A DNA stretch of 49,918 nucleotides from positions 107,574 to 157,491 of the forward strand of contig JAUMAA010000003.1 in NCBI GenBank assembly GCA_032117075.1, given 5' to 3'. Positions 28,863 through 36,929 of this stretch are shown one piece after another. Position 1 is the stretch's first letter. Every line of letters begins with the position of its first letter. The notes below the pieces were generated by a model, which searched no databases, had not been told where the DNA came from, and worked only from the letters and a program-made list of their open reading frames with translations. Made by a program: the position numbers and the translations under genes. The stretch is from Patescibacteria group bacterium (GTDB taxonomy: Bacteria; Patescibacteriota; WWE3; UBA101185; UBA10185).

Positions 28863-28912
28863 GATATCTCTCCCAGAATGAGTTTAACCCCTCACTCACG
28901 GGGCGGATTAGG

Positions 28913-29650
28913 CTACCAGTTCAGTTTGTATTGGGTGTACAAACCATTTTTCTGGTCTTTCAGAGGGATTGCCCTCTGAATGTCGCAGTCGATGATTCGA
29001 CCCCAAAACTTTTGAACTTGAGTAAGGTCGGTTAAGACCTGTCCTTCGCGAACAGCCCCGTTAAAAATCCCGACCGTCCCTTTCCAAGGACCTGCTATGG
29101 TTACGAAGCTTCGCCCCGTACCAAAGCCAGGAATTTCACTGCCCCATAACAATCCGACCTCACCAGGGGCGATGTCGATTTGATATGCGAGAAATCCTGA
29201 ATTGCCTCGACCCTCGCGGGTTTCGGCAAAATGGATATTCTGGGTACCGCCCTGACAGGGACCTTCGTCCCCGGTTAGAACGGTGGGCATAGGAACCGCA
29301 GTTGCCACCACTGGTTGCTGTATTACTACAACACTCGTTGGCTTAACAACTTTTGCAGCCGTCGCCTTAGTACCGCTACCAGAAGCCTTAGCCTTGGTTG
29401 CGGTCGCGGTCGCTGTGGCCGAAGCCGTTGCGGTCGCTGTGGCCGAAGCCGTTGCGGTCGCTGTGGCCGAAGCCGTAGCCGTCATTGTTGGTGAAGAGGT
29501 AGGGGTAGCCCAAATAGATTGGGCCGTATTGTACCCAATAGTAACAAAGTTTGTTACCACTGAGTATACAAAACCAATCAAAACTAGGACTAGCCCGATA
29601 CCAATAAACCAAATAATAGGCTTTAACACCCAATTCCACAATTTCGTCAT
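28913..29650 (-). CDS. Membrane-anchored surface protein with Thr/Ala-rich stalk
   Basis: N-terminal TM helix, (TATASATA)n linker and a C-terminal globular domain with two Cys; SD GGAGGT; visibly higher GC than its flanks. Confidence 0.85.
   Translation of the reverse strand: MTKLWNWVLKPIIWFIGIGLVLVLIGFVYSVVTNFVTIGYNTAQSIWATPTSSPTMTATASATATATASATATATASATATATATKAKASGSGTKATAAKVVKPTSVVVIQQPVVATAVPMPTVLTGDEGPCQGGTQNIHFAETREGRGNSGFLAYQIDIAPGEVGLLWGSEIPGFGTGRSFVTIAGPWKGTVGIFNGAVREGQVLTDLTQVQKFWGRIIDCDIQRAIPLKDQKNGLYTQYKLNW
29406..29477. repeat. Three tandem 24-bp coding repeats
   Basis: GCGGTCGCTGTGGCCGAAGCCGTT at 29406, 29430 and 29454 (last base differs in the third copy). Confidence 0.95.
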
Positions 29651-29694
29651 TTTATGTACCTCCTAGTACTATATAGACGATTAATCCAACTAAA

Positions 29695-29723
29695 ATTATA
29701 CTATAAGTTATACATTTTTTCAA
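29695..29723 (-). promoter_or_regulatory. Sigma70-type promoter of the stalk-protein gene
   Basis: TTGAAA (29723-29718), 17-nt spacer, TATAAT (29700-29695). Confidence 0.7.
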
Positions 29724-29769
29724 GTTTTTATGACAAATTGTGAAATTTATATAATTGATAAATAAATTG

Positions 29770-29796
29770 AAAAAGCGGCAGGTCAATCCCTGCCGC
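29770..29796 (-). terminator. Intrinsic terminator
   Basis: GCGGCAGG-GAUUGA-CCUGCCGC followed by UUUUU, just after the 104-aa ORF. Confidence 0.8.
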
Positions 29797-29819
29797 AAAT
29801 CTCCCTTCTGAATAACAAA

Positions 29820-30134
29820 TCAGTAATTAAGTTCTATCAGACCATCTTTAGACTTTAATGCCTTCTGAAACAACTCCAAAAGAAGCACTTCCTGAGGTAT
29901 TACCCCTTTCAAGAGCTGCTCGACATGTTTCAAATCATTATGTGTTACTGATTGAGTCGAAAGACACCTCACATTTCTCGAGACAGTATCCACTGAGACT
30001 TGAATCACTTTTGTGTATTTGTGATACACAGTGATCTTAGTTGTACCATCAAAGGAATCATTGTAGAGAAAATAGCTATTATCCCCTTCCCTAATCACCT
30101 TTTCTGGTAATTCGTCCCTAAAATCTGACTTCAT
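29820..30134 (-). CDS. Hypothetical protein (104 aa)
   Basis: SD AAGGAG upstream and its own terminator downstream; no recognisable motif. Confidence 0.7.
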   Translation of the reverse strand: MKSDFRDELPEKVIREGDNSYFLYNDSFDGTTKITVYHKYTKVIQVSVDTVSRNVRCLSTQSVTHNDLKHVEQLLKGVIPQEVLLLELFQKALKSKDGLIELNY

Positions 30135-30230
30135 CTCTCATCTCCTTTATACTAAAAGATTCAGATTTAAATTATATATTCTTTTTTAAAAAAAGTATTT
30201 AATAAAATTTAAATTCAAGATTTTATATAG

Positions 30231-30275
30231 GAAACAAAAAGAAATCGGCTGGCGGGGACGAACCCAAGCCAGCCG
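30231..30275 (-). terminator. Second terminator-like hairpin
   Basis: CGGCUGGC...GCCAGCCG (8 bp) followed by AUUUCUUUUUG. Confidence 0.65.
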
Positions 30276-30278
30276 TAT

Positions 30279-30366
30279 AAAAAACATTGCCCAAAAAGGA
30301 CAATGGTAATCATTGGCCCGTGAGGTCGTGGCAGATACATCTTTGTATGGCCTCTCTCAACGGGAC
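30279..30366 (-). ncRNA. Candidate structured small RNA or attenuator-type leader
   Basis: Directly downstream of a consensus promoter; long irregular hairpin, then CAUUGUCC/GGGCAAUG stem plus U6; I could not assign it to a known family. Confidence 0.5.
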
Positions 30367-30370
30367 TTAA

Positions 30371-30399
30371 ATATTAACATAGATAATTATCTATGTCAA
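30371..30399 (-). promoter_or_regulatory. Sigma70 promoter overlapped by a perfect 20-bp palindrome
   Basis: TTGACA (30399-30394), 17-nt spacer ending TGT, TAATAT (30376-30371); palindrome ACATAGATAATTATCTATGT at 30377-30396. Confidence 0.7.
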
Positions 30400-30415
30400 A
30401 TTAGAGAATTTGAAA

Positions 30416-31783
30416 TTACTTAAAAATCTTTTTTAAAGTATAACTCTCTTTGGTATCAAGAACTTCGTATCCTAATTTCTCAATTTCCCTTCTCAGAAAG
30501 TCAGCTTTATCAAATATTCCCTCTTTTTTATAGGTCCATCTAATTTTAGCTAAATCTTCAACTTCTTTAGGTACCTCAAATCCCACCAAACTCACCAAAT
30601 TTAATCCTAAAACCTCATCCATTTTAAGTAAAGTATTAAGTTTTACCTCTCTATCTATCGAAGAATTAATTAATTCCCACATGATTGCTAAAGCACCAGC
30701 AGTATTGAAATCGTCCCCAAGCTTTTCAGCAAACTTTTCCAAGAAATTCTTATCCATTCCTTTTTGCTCATTAATTGTAATAGAAGAAACAAAATCGTAA
30801 AGTTTGGCTAAGGTATTTTTAGCCGAATCAAGACCTTCATCAGTAAAATTCATTGATCCTCTATAATTAGAGGTTAGAAAGTAGTATCTTACCGCCATTG
30901 GGCTAAATCCATTAGCTAAAATATCTTCTAAAATAATGACATTACCCTTACTCTTACTCATTTTCTCAGAATTAAAATTAAGAAAGGCAGCATGAAGCCA
31001 ATATTTAACAAATTTTTGGTCAGTAACACACTCGCTTTGAGCGATTTCATTTGGGTGATGAGTCATTTTTAAATCTTCCCCACCAATATGAATGTCCAAT
31101 GTATCACCCAACTCCTTCAAAGCCATAGCAGAACACTCTATATGCCAGCCAGGAAAACCAACCCCCCAAGGAGAGTCGTACTCCTGCAGCCTACTTTTAC
31201 CTGTCGAAAATTTCCACAGTGCAAAGTCATGAGGTGAAAGTTTATCTGGGTTATCCCCTATTCTTGACTGCTCATTCTCAGCTTTATTCGCATATTCAAA
31301 GTATTTTGGAAATCTTGAAACATTAAAATAAATACCATCATCTAATTTGTAAGTGTAACCCTTATCTTCTAAAACCTTAATTAAAAAGATTTGTTCAGAT
31401 ATATAATCTGTTGCTTTAGTAAGTTTATACGGTAAATTAATATTCAACAGTTTCAAATCATTTAGAAAATGATCCGTATAAAATTTAGCAACTTCATTTG
31501 CTGTTTTTCCAATCTCTTTAGCAGCAAGCTCAATCTTATCCTCACCTGAATCCCCATCTCCAGCTAAGTGACCGATATCTGTAATATTCATAACATTCAA
31601 AACCCTGTATCCAAAAAATCTGAGAGTTCTAGCAACAATATCTGAAAAAACATAAACCTTCATATTACCGATATGTGCTTTTCTGTATACTGTCGGTCCG
31701 CAAGAGTACATTCTTACCTCATCATTTTTTTGAGGAATAAAATCTTCCAGTTTTTTTGAATATGAATTGTAAACTTTTATCAT
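30416..31783 (-). CDS. cysS: Cysteine--tRNA ligase
   Basis: YSCGPTVY, HIGN, NITD, DFALWK, PGWHIECSAM, HHPNEIAQ and KMSKS. Confidence 0.98.
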   Translation of the reverse strand: MIKVYNSYSKKLEDFIPQKNDEVRMYSCGPTVYRKAHIGNMKVYVFSDIVARTLRFFGYRVLNVMNITDIGHLAGDGDSGEDKIELAAKEIGKTANEVAKFYTDHFLNDLKLLNINLPYKLTKATDYISEQIFLIKVLEDKGYTYKLDDGIYFNVSRFPKYFEYANKAENEQSRIGDNPDKLSPHDFALWKFSTGKSRLQEYDSPWGVGFPGWHIECSAMALKELGDTLDIHIGGEDLKMTHHPNEIAQSECVTDQKFVKYWLHAAFLNFNSEKMSKSKGNVIILEDILANGFSPMAVRYYFLTSNYRGSMNFTDEGLDSAKNTLAKLYDFVSSITINEQKGMDKNFLEKFAEKLGDDFNTAGALAIMWELINSSIDREVKLNTLLKMDEVLGLNLVSLVGFEVPKEVEDLAKIRWTYKKEGIFDKADFLRREIEKLGYEVLDTKESYTLKKIFK

Positions 31784-31811
31784 TGTTTTCTAATTTTAAC
31801 AAATTTAATTT

Positions 31812-32432
31812 CTAAAAATCACTTCTTCCGTCAAGTGCTCTGGATAAAGTTATATCATCCGCATACTCAATATCTCCACCAATTGGAATTCCTCTGGCAA
31901 TCCTGGAAATCTTAATGTTCTCACTATACTCAATACCTTCTTTAACCAATTTGGAAATATACATAGCAGTAGATTCTCCTTCTAGAGAGGTCGAGGTTGA
32001 TAAAATTAATTCAATTTTTTCTGATTCCCCAAGCATAGCTCTTAACCTACCAACTAACTTACCAATAAATAACTCATCAGGCCCAATATTATTTAAAGGA
32101 TCTATATTGCCATGTAAAACATGATACATTCCTTTAAAACCAACCTTTTCGAAAGAAAATACATCCATAGGGCTGGTAATAACCATTAGCTGAGAGTTAT
32201 TTCTGGAGCTATCAGTACAAATAAAACAAGGACTTTCCTCATCTAGATTTCTACAAACCTCGCAATAAGAAATCTTCATTTTCACATCAATTAAATTTTC
32301 AGCAAAAAGCTCTACTTGATTCTGAGGGATTCTTAAAATATAGAAAGCAAGTCTCTGAGCACTTTTTGGACCAATTCCAGGGAGCCTTTCAAATGATTCT
32401 ATTAAACTACTTAATGATTTTGGAAGTTTCAT
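31812..32432 (-). CDS. recR: Recombination mediator RecR
   Basis: LPGIGPKSAQRLA, C4 zinc finger, YHVLHG, EGESTA.Y and GIPIGGDIEYAD. Confidence 0.97.
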   Translation of the reverse strand: MKLPKSLSSLIESFERLPGIGPKSAQRLAFYILRIPQNQVELFAENLIDVKMKISYCEVCRNLDEESPCFICTDSSRNNSQLMVITSPMDVFSFEKVGFKGMYHVLHGNIDPLNNIGPDELFIGKLVGRLRAMLGESEKIELILSTSTSLEGESTAMYISKLVKEGIEYSENIKISRIARGIPIGGDIEYADDITLSRALDGRSDF

Positions 32433-32434
32433 AC

Positions 32435-34051
32435 TTATTTACTTGGAACAGCTCCGTCAAATATTGAAAGTATATCACCTTGTGACATATCAGTTGGTAT
32501 CGATAAATTGTGATCGGTCAAATCATCGGAAATTTTTTCGTCACCATTAAATCCGTTAGTACTTCTTTTGTTCTCTACTACAACCCTGAAAAACAACTTA
32601 TTTTGATATACTGAACAAAGTAAGTTTTCAATATATAATTTGGCTTTATTTGCCTCTAGTCGCTCTAAATGAAACTTAAAATCAACTTCGAATACAAGTA
32701 CATTACCTTCAACTTTAGTAACCCTAACAACTCTAAGTAATGTCTCCACTGGTTTATTTTCCTGCCCAGAAATTTTCACTACCTCATTCCACTTATTTAA
32801 CACATCCTCCAATTCCAAAACAGAGGGATCGAGTTCACCATCAACTTCTTCAGAAACTCCTTCTTCAAAAGTCTCGATTATTTCTGCTTCTGATGCTGTT
32901 TTTGGTTCTTCTTTGGTCTCTTCTACTTTACTAGGAGTGGAATCAATCAGCACTTGTTTAATTATCTGAGTTTTGATAACTCTTTTTTTCTCAGTCTTCT
33001 CGAAAGTAATATTTAGAGAGTTTAAAATTAAAACATCTAAAAGAAGCTCAGGTGAGGATGAATATTTGATTTTAGAATAGATATCAATCATCTGACCAAC
33101 CAAATCAAGTAAATTTCCGACTGGGAACTCGGAGAGGAGATTATTTATTTCTAGTTCAAGGTTTTGATTTACTTTAGAGCTCTCTTCGATTACCCCTATT
33201 CTTAAATGAGTAGCAATCCTTAAAAAACCAATGAAAGAATCGAACCATTTAACGATATCAATTCCCTTGTTTTCAAGGTTTCTATGAAATTTGAGTAAAT
33301 TTTCATAGTCGTTATTGATTAAAAACTGAAGATAAGAGATTTTTGACTGGTATGAATAAAGGTCTTCGAATCTCTGATAGGATTCACCACCCATCATCTG
33401 AGTTAATAAAGTTTCAGCATCTCTAAAACCTCCGTTTGCATAAACAGCAATTCCATGTAATTCTTCATCTGACATATTAATTCCTTCTTTTTCAGAAATT
33501 AGTTTTAATTTTTGAAGTATCTGTTCATTATTTGGCCTTTTAAAATTAAATAATTGGCATCTAGAACGAATTGTTTCAGGTATTTTATCAACCTCAGTAG
33601 TACATAAAATAAAATAAACAAATTCTGGGGGCTCTTCTATTGATTTTAAAAGAGCATTAAATGCTTGAGTAGTCAGCATATGTACTTCATCTATAATGTA
33701 AATTTTGTTCTTGCCTTTTAATGGAGAAAATTTAAGACCCTCCCTCAATTCTCTGGCATCGTCAATTCCCCTATTACTTGCACCATCTATCTCAATTACA
33801 TCAACATAATTTCCACTTTTAATTGAAATACAAGCATCGCAAACATTACAGACATCATTCTCAAAATTTTCGCAATTTAATGCCTTTGCAATTAATCTAG
33901 CAGTAGTAGTCTTCCCAATTCCTCGGGAACCACAAAGAATAGTGGCATGACCAAAAGTTTTATCTCTTAGATGTTTGAGTATGATGTCTATTTCTGGATT
34001 AGGTCTAATAACCTCTGAGAACCTCTCAGGCCTGTATTTTGTGTAAAGCAT
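32435..34051 (-). CDS. dnaX: DNA polymerase III subunit gamma/tau
   Basis: LYTKYRP, GSRGIGKTT, Zn Cys cluster, IIDEVHML, FNALLKSIEEPP and TIRSRC. Confidence 0.97.
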   Translation of the reverse strand: MLYTKYRPERFSEVIRPNPEIDIILKHLRDKTFGHATILCGSRGIGKTTTARLIAKALNCENFENDVCNVCDACISIKSGNYVDVIEIDGASNRGIDDARELREGLKFSPLKGKNKIYIIDEVHMLTTQAFNALLKSIEEPPEFVYFILCTTEVDKIPETIRSRCQLFNFKRPNNEQILQKLKLISEKEGINMSDEELHGIAVYANGGFRDAETLLTQMMGGESYQRFEDLYSYQSKISYLQFLINNDYENLLKFHRNLENKGIDIVKWFDSFIGFLRIATHLRIGVIEESSKVNQNLELEINNLLSEFPVGNLLDLVGQMIDIYSKIKYSSSPELLLDVLILNSLNITFEKTEKKRVIKTQIIKQVLIDSTPSKVEETKEEPKTASEAEIIETFEEGVSEEVDGELDPSVLELEDVLNKWNEVVKISGQENKPVETLLRVVRVTKVEGNVLVFEVDFKFHLERLEANKAKLYIENLLCSVYQNKLFFRVVVENKRSTNGFNGDEKISDDLTDHNLSIPTDMSQGDILSIFDGAVPSK

Positions 34052-34059
34052 ATCATCTA

Positions 34060-34572
34060 TTATAGATGAGAATTTAGATAATGATTCAAGTCAAATTTTT
34101 TAATTTCTTCTAGTTCATGAGGTAAAAAATTTGATAAAACATAGGAATCAACCGCTATATCAGTATTTTCAGGTCTTCCGATACCATACCTTAATCTATA
34201 AAAATCCTTTGTGCCCAGGGCTCTTATTAGATCTTTCACACCATTGTGACCGGCATCAGAACTACCTGTCTGTAACTTTACTTGTGAAAACTCTAAGTCC
34301 AATTCATCATGAATTACTAATATTTCCGAAGGCTCTATTTGATAATAAGAAGCAAGTTTTGATACTTCCCTGCCGCAAGTATTCATAAAAGTCTTAGGTT
34401 TTGCAAAAATAATACCTTCCTTTTTAAAAATGTATGAATTATTTTTGCTGCTATATTCAAATTTATCAGGATAGATATAATTATCTAAAATCAAAAAACC
34501 TAAATTATGCCTATTTAACTGATATTTTTCTCCCGTATTACCAAGACCTACAATTAACTTGAATTTATTCAT
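34060..34572 (-). CDS. pth: Peptidyl-tRNA hydrolase
   Basis: LIVGLGN, RHNLGF, KPKTFMN, IHDELDL, GHNG and RLRYGIGRP; start overlapping the ybeY stop chosen. Confidence 0.96.
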   Translation of the reverse strand: MNKFKLIVGLGNTGEKYQLNRHNLGFLILDNYIYPDKFEYSSKNNSYIFKKEGIIFAKPKTFMNTCGREVSKLASYYQIEPSEILVIHDELDLEFSQVKLQTGSSDAGHNGVKDLIRALGTKDFYRLRYGIGRPENTDIAVDSYVLSNFLPHELEEIKKFDLNHYLNSHL

Positions 34573-34876
34573 CATCATGTTCATGGTGAATTCCTAATAA
34601 ATGTAAAATACCATGTCCAGATAATTCAGAAATTTCTTGTTCAAGATTATTACCATAGTCAGCTGCTTGTCTTTTTGCCTGATCGATATTTACAACTACA
34701 TCTCCAATGTAGTATTTTCCTTCCTCGGTGTGTTCATGGATATCAAAAGACAATACATCGGTTGCATAATCTTTATCTCTATATTTTTTATTTAATTCCT
34801 GGATTTCTTTATCACCTACAAACGAGATATTTACATATCCCTTTTTTAAGTCTTCTTCTTTAATTTGAAATTTCAT
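34565..34876 (-). CDS. ybeY: rRNA maturation RNase YbeY
   Basis: LNKKYR.KD..TDVLSF, IGDVV and HGILHLLGIHH. Confidence 0.95.
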   Translation of the reverse strand: MKFQIKEEDLKKGYVNISFVGDKEIQELNKKYRDKDYATDVLSFDIHEHTEEGKYYIGDVVVNIDQAKRQAADYGNNLEQEISELSGHGILHLLGIHHEHDDE

Positions 34877-35168
34877 TTGGGAAGTATTCCTTCATCAAAA
34901 GTTGTATAAACTCTACTTCTTTTTTTTCTTTTTCAGCTGTATCTGTCCTGCCAGCTTTTTCATACATAGGAATAGTTTCATTTCTATTTTTAATTTGTTT
35001 CTTCAAAATTCTGAGTTCATCTTCAGAAGAAACTTCTTTGCTCTGAGCTTTATACTCAATTTCTTTATTTTTGAGCTCAGAAATCAAAAGTCTAATAGTA
35101 GATACTTCTATCTCTGCTTTAGACTTTTGATATTCTATTAATTTTGATCTTAAAGATTCAAGAATCAT
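34860..35168 (-). CDS. GatB/YqeY domain protein (short)
   Basis: IRLLISELKNKEI, KQIKNR and YEKAGR.D.AEKE; directly downstream of rpsU as usual. Confidence 0.88.
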   Translation of the reverse strand: MILESLRSKLIEYQKSKAEIEVSTIRLLISELKNKEIEYKAQSKEVSSEDELRILKKQIKNRNETIPMYEKAGRTDTAEKEKKEVEFIQLLMKEYFPNEISN

Positions 35169-35170
35169 AT

Positions 35171-35365
35171 TTATTTATTATTCTTTCTTTCGAAAAATAA
35201 TCTTCTTTGCTTAGCCTTACCATTTCTAAACTTAATTGTACTAGGCTTAATAAATTCCATTCTATCTCTAGCTTCTTGAATAGTTCCGTCAGCTAATACA
35301 GCTCTATTAAATCTTCTAAGAGCTTGTTCTAATGATTCTCCGGATCTTATCTTTATTCTGGTCAA
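35171..35365 (-). CDS. rpsU: 30S ribosomal protein S21
   Basis: GESLEQALRRF, E.R.R..F.KPS; TTG start at 35365 with GGAGG upstream. Confidence 0.93.
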   Translation of the reverse strand: MTRIKIRSGESLEQALRRFNRAVLADGTIQEARDRMEFIKPSTIKFRNGKAKQRRLFFERKNNK

Positions 35366-35391
35366 TGTAAAAACACCTCCAAACACATTAA

Positions 35392-35769
35392 TTAAGTACT
35401 TCCTCCCGGTTCTGTGTCACTACCACCAAGAATATGAAAATGTTCATGTTCAAAATGGTTATAACCAGCTCCGTTGTTAACAATCTTATATCCAGATTTG
35501 TCAAGTCCATATTTTACCACTATTTCATTAATAATGGAAAACAATTTTTCAAAATACCCCTCTGATGAGTATTTTCCAGAAATAACATCTCTTTTTTCCC
35601 TATGAAATTTATCTAGGACTAGAAGATGTACTGGGCTTACTGGAAACTTATTTTGGATAACCATAAAGTTCTCATTTTCTAAAACCAAAACTTTAGACTC
35701 CTCGCCAAGTACTATCTTACAAAAAAGACATGAATTGTCATGCTTTCTGTCCAAAGAAATTTCTTCCAT
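35392..35769 (-). CDS. HIT family nucleotide hydrolase
   Basis: CLFCKI, PVSPVHLLV and HEHFHILGG. Confidence 0.92.
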   Translation of the reverse strand: MEEISLDRKHDNSCLFCKIVLGEESKVLVLENENFMVIQNKFPVSPVHLLVLDKFHREKRDVISGKYSSEGYFEKLFSIINEIVVKYGLDKSGYKIVNNGAGYNHFEHEHFHILGGSDTEPGGST

Positions 35770-35810
35770 AGATTAAGTATAATTAAAAAATTTTAAAAAT
35801 CAAATGAAAA

Positions 35811-36929
35811 TTATTTTGAGATTAGTTGTGAAACATCTTTAAGAGTTACTGCTACCAGCATGGCTAATAAAAGGAGCATTCCTACTTTATTTACAGCTAA
35901 TTCATATTTTGGATTTGGTTTTTTTCTTGTAATCATTTCATAAATAACAAAAACCAATCTTCCACCATCAAGTGCAGGTAAAGGTAGAATGTTCATAAAT
36001 GCTAAACTTAGAGAAAGTAATGCTATTAAATTAAGAATTTCAAGTGAAATAATTGAATCTGAATCTCTTGATAAGGTATCAACAACTGTATAAATACCCA
36101 CCGGACCTGATACATTATCAGTCACAATACTTGAATCATTATTTTTAATAGCCATACTGATCATTTGCCCTAGAGCAGAATTAGTAAAACTTAAAACATT
36201 AATTGAATGGGCAAAACCAGCAATAAATCTAAGATTTCCTTCATAAACTAAGTTACCTACCTTACCTAGAGCAACTCCCATAAATTTCTTACCATTCTCC
36301 TCAATCAACTCAACATCAAACTCTTTGATTAAAGATAAATCCCTCAAGTTCTTAAAAACTACAACTGCTTTATTACCATTCGTCTTATTAATCTCGTCTC
36401 TAATCTGAGATTCGGAGCTGACTACAGTACCATTAACACTATATATGTAGTCTCCAGGGGTAAAATCTTTTGAATTTAACTTTGATTTTTCTGAAAAGCC
36501 CCCAATCACACCCTCCTTAACCTCTAAATTTCCAATTACAGGTTTAAAATCCATTATCATAGGGATATACTGAGATTTGTAGTTGGTGTACATCAGCATA
36601 CCTTGATAAATCACAACAGCTAAAATGAAGTTCATCACTACACCAGCTACTATTATAAAGAATCTTTTAGATGTAGATTTAACCGAAAAACTATCTGAAT
36701 CGCTCTCCTCAGCCTCTTCCTCACCCTTTAATCTTACAAAACCACCAAAAGGTAGAAGATTTAAAGAGTAAACTGTGTCCCTAAACTTCTTTCCAATAAC
36801 CTTAGGAGGTAGACCTAAACCAAACTCTAAAACCTTAACTCCAGATTTTTTAGCTGCTAAAAAATGGCCAAGCTCGTGAATTAAAACTAAAAAAGAAAGT
36901 ATTCCAAAAAAAAGCATTAAAGAGGACAT
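35811..36929 (-). CDS. rseP: RseP-like site-2 metalloprotease (M50)
   Basis: HELGH, LPFGGFV, AGVVMN, GPVGI and NILPLPALDGGR. Confidence 0.95.
   Translation of the reverse strand: MSSLMLFFGILSFLVLIHELGHFLAAKKSGVKVLEFGLGLPPKVIGKKFRDTVYSLNLLPFGGFVRLKGEEEAEESDSDSFSVKSTSKRFFIIVAGVVMNFILAVVIYQGMLMYTNYKSQYIPMIMDFKPVIGNLEVKEGVIGGFSEKSKLNSKDFTPGDYIYSVNGTVVSSESQIRDEINKTNGNKAVVVFKNLRDLSLIKEFDVELIEENGKKFMGVALGKVGNLVYEGNLRFIAGFAHSINVLSFTNSALGQMISMAIKNNDSSIVTDNVSGPVGIYTVVDTLSRDSDSIISLEILNLIALLSLSLAFMNILPLPALDGGRLVFVIYEMITRKKPNPKYELAVNKVGMLLLLAMLVAVTLKDVSQLISK

Noticed and set aside
29406-29477. CRISPR-like array
   Set aside because: The repeats are head-to-tail without spacers, lie in frame within a CDS, and there are no cas genes.
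29283-29666. Antisense and alternative-frame ORFs over the stalk gene (also 28832-29035 and 29388-29639)
   Set aside because: Open only because of the GC-rich repeat; the 245-aa minus frame has the SD, promoter and TM anchor.
29728-29737. TTATGACAAA shared with the repeats at 833 and 857
   Set aside because: An AT-rich 10-mer is expected to recur by chance in a window of this size.
28895-30324. 8-bp inverted repeat CTCACGGG/CCCGTGAG flanking the accessory ORFs (mobile ends or sRNA target)
   Set aside because: Too short to exceed chance between two GC-rich patches; no target-site duplication or transposase seen.
32982-32990. dnaX programmed frameshift at an A7 run after domain III
   Set aside because: The codon phase is GAG AAA AAA AGA rather than A AAA AAG, the run is short for transcriptional slippage, and no stimulatory hairpin or SD was seen.
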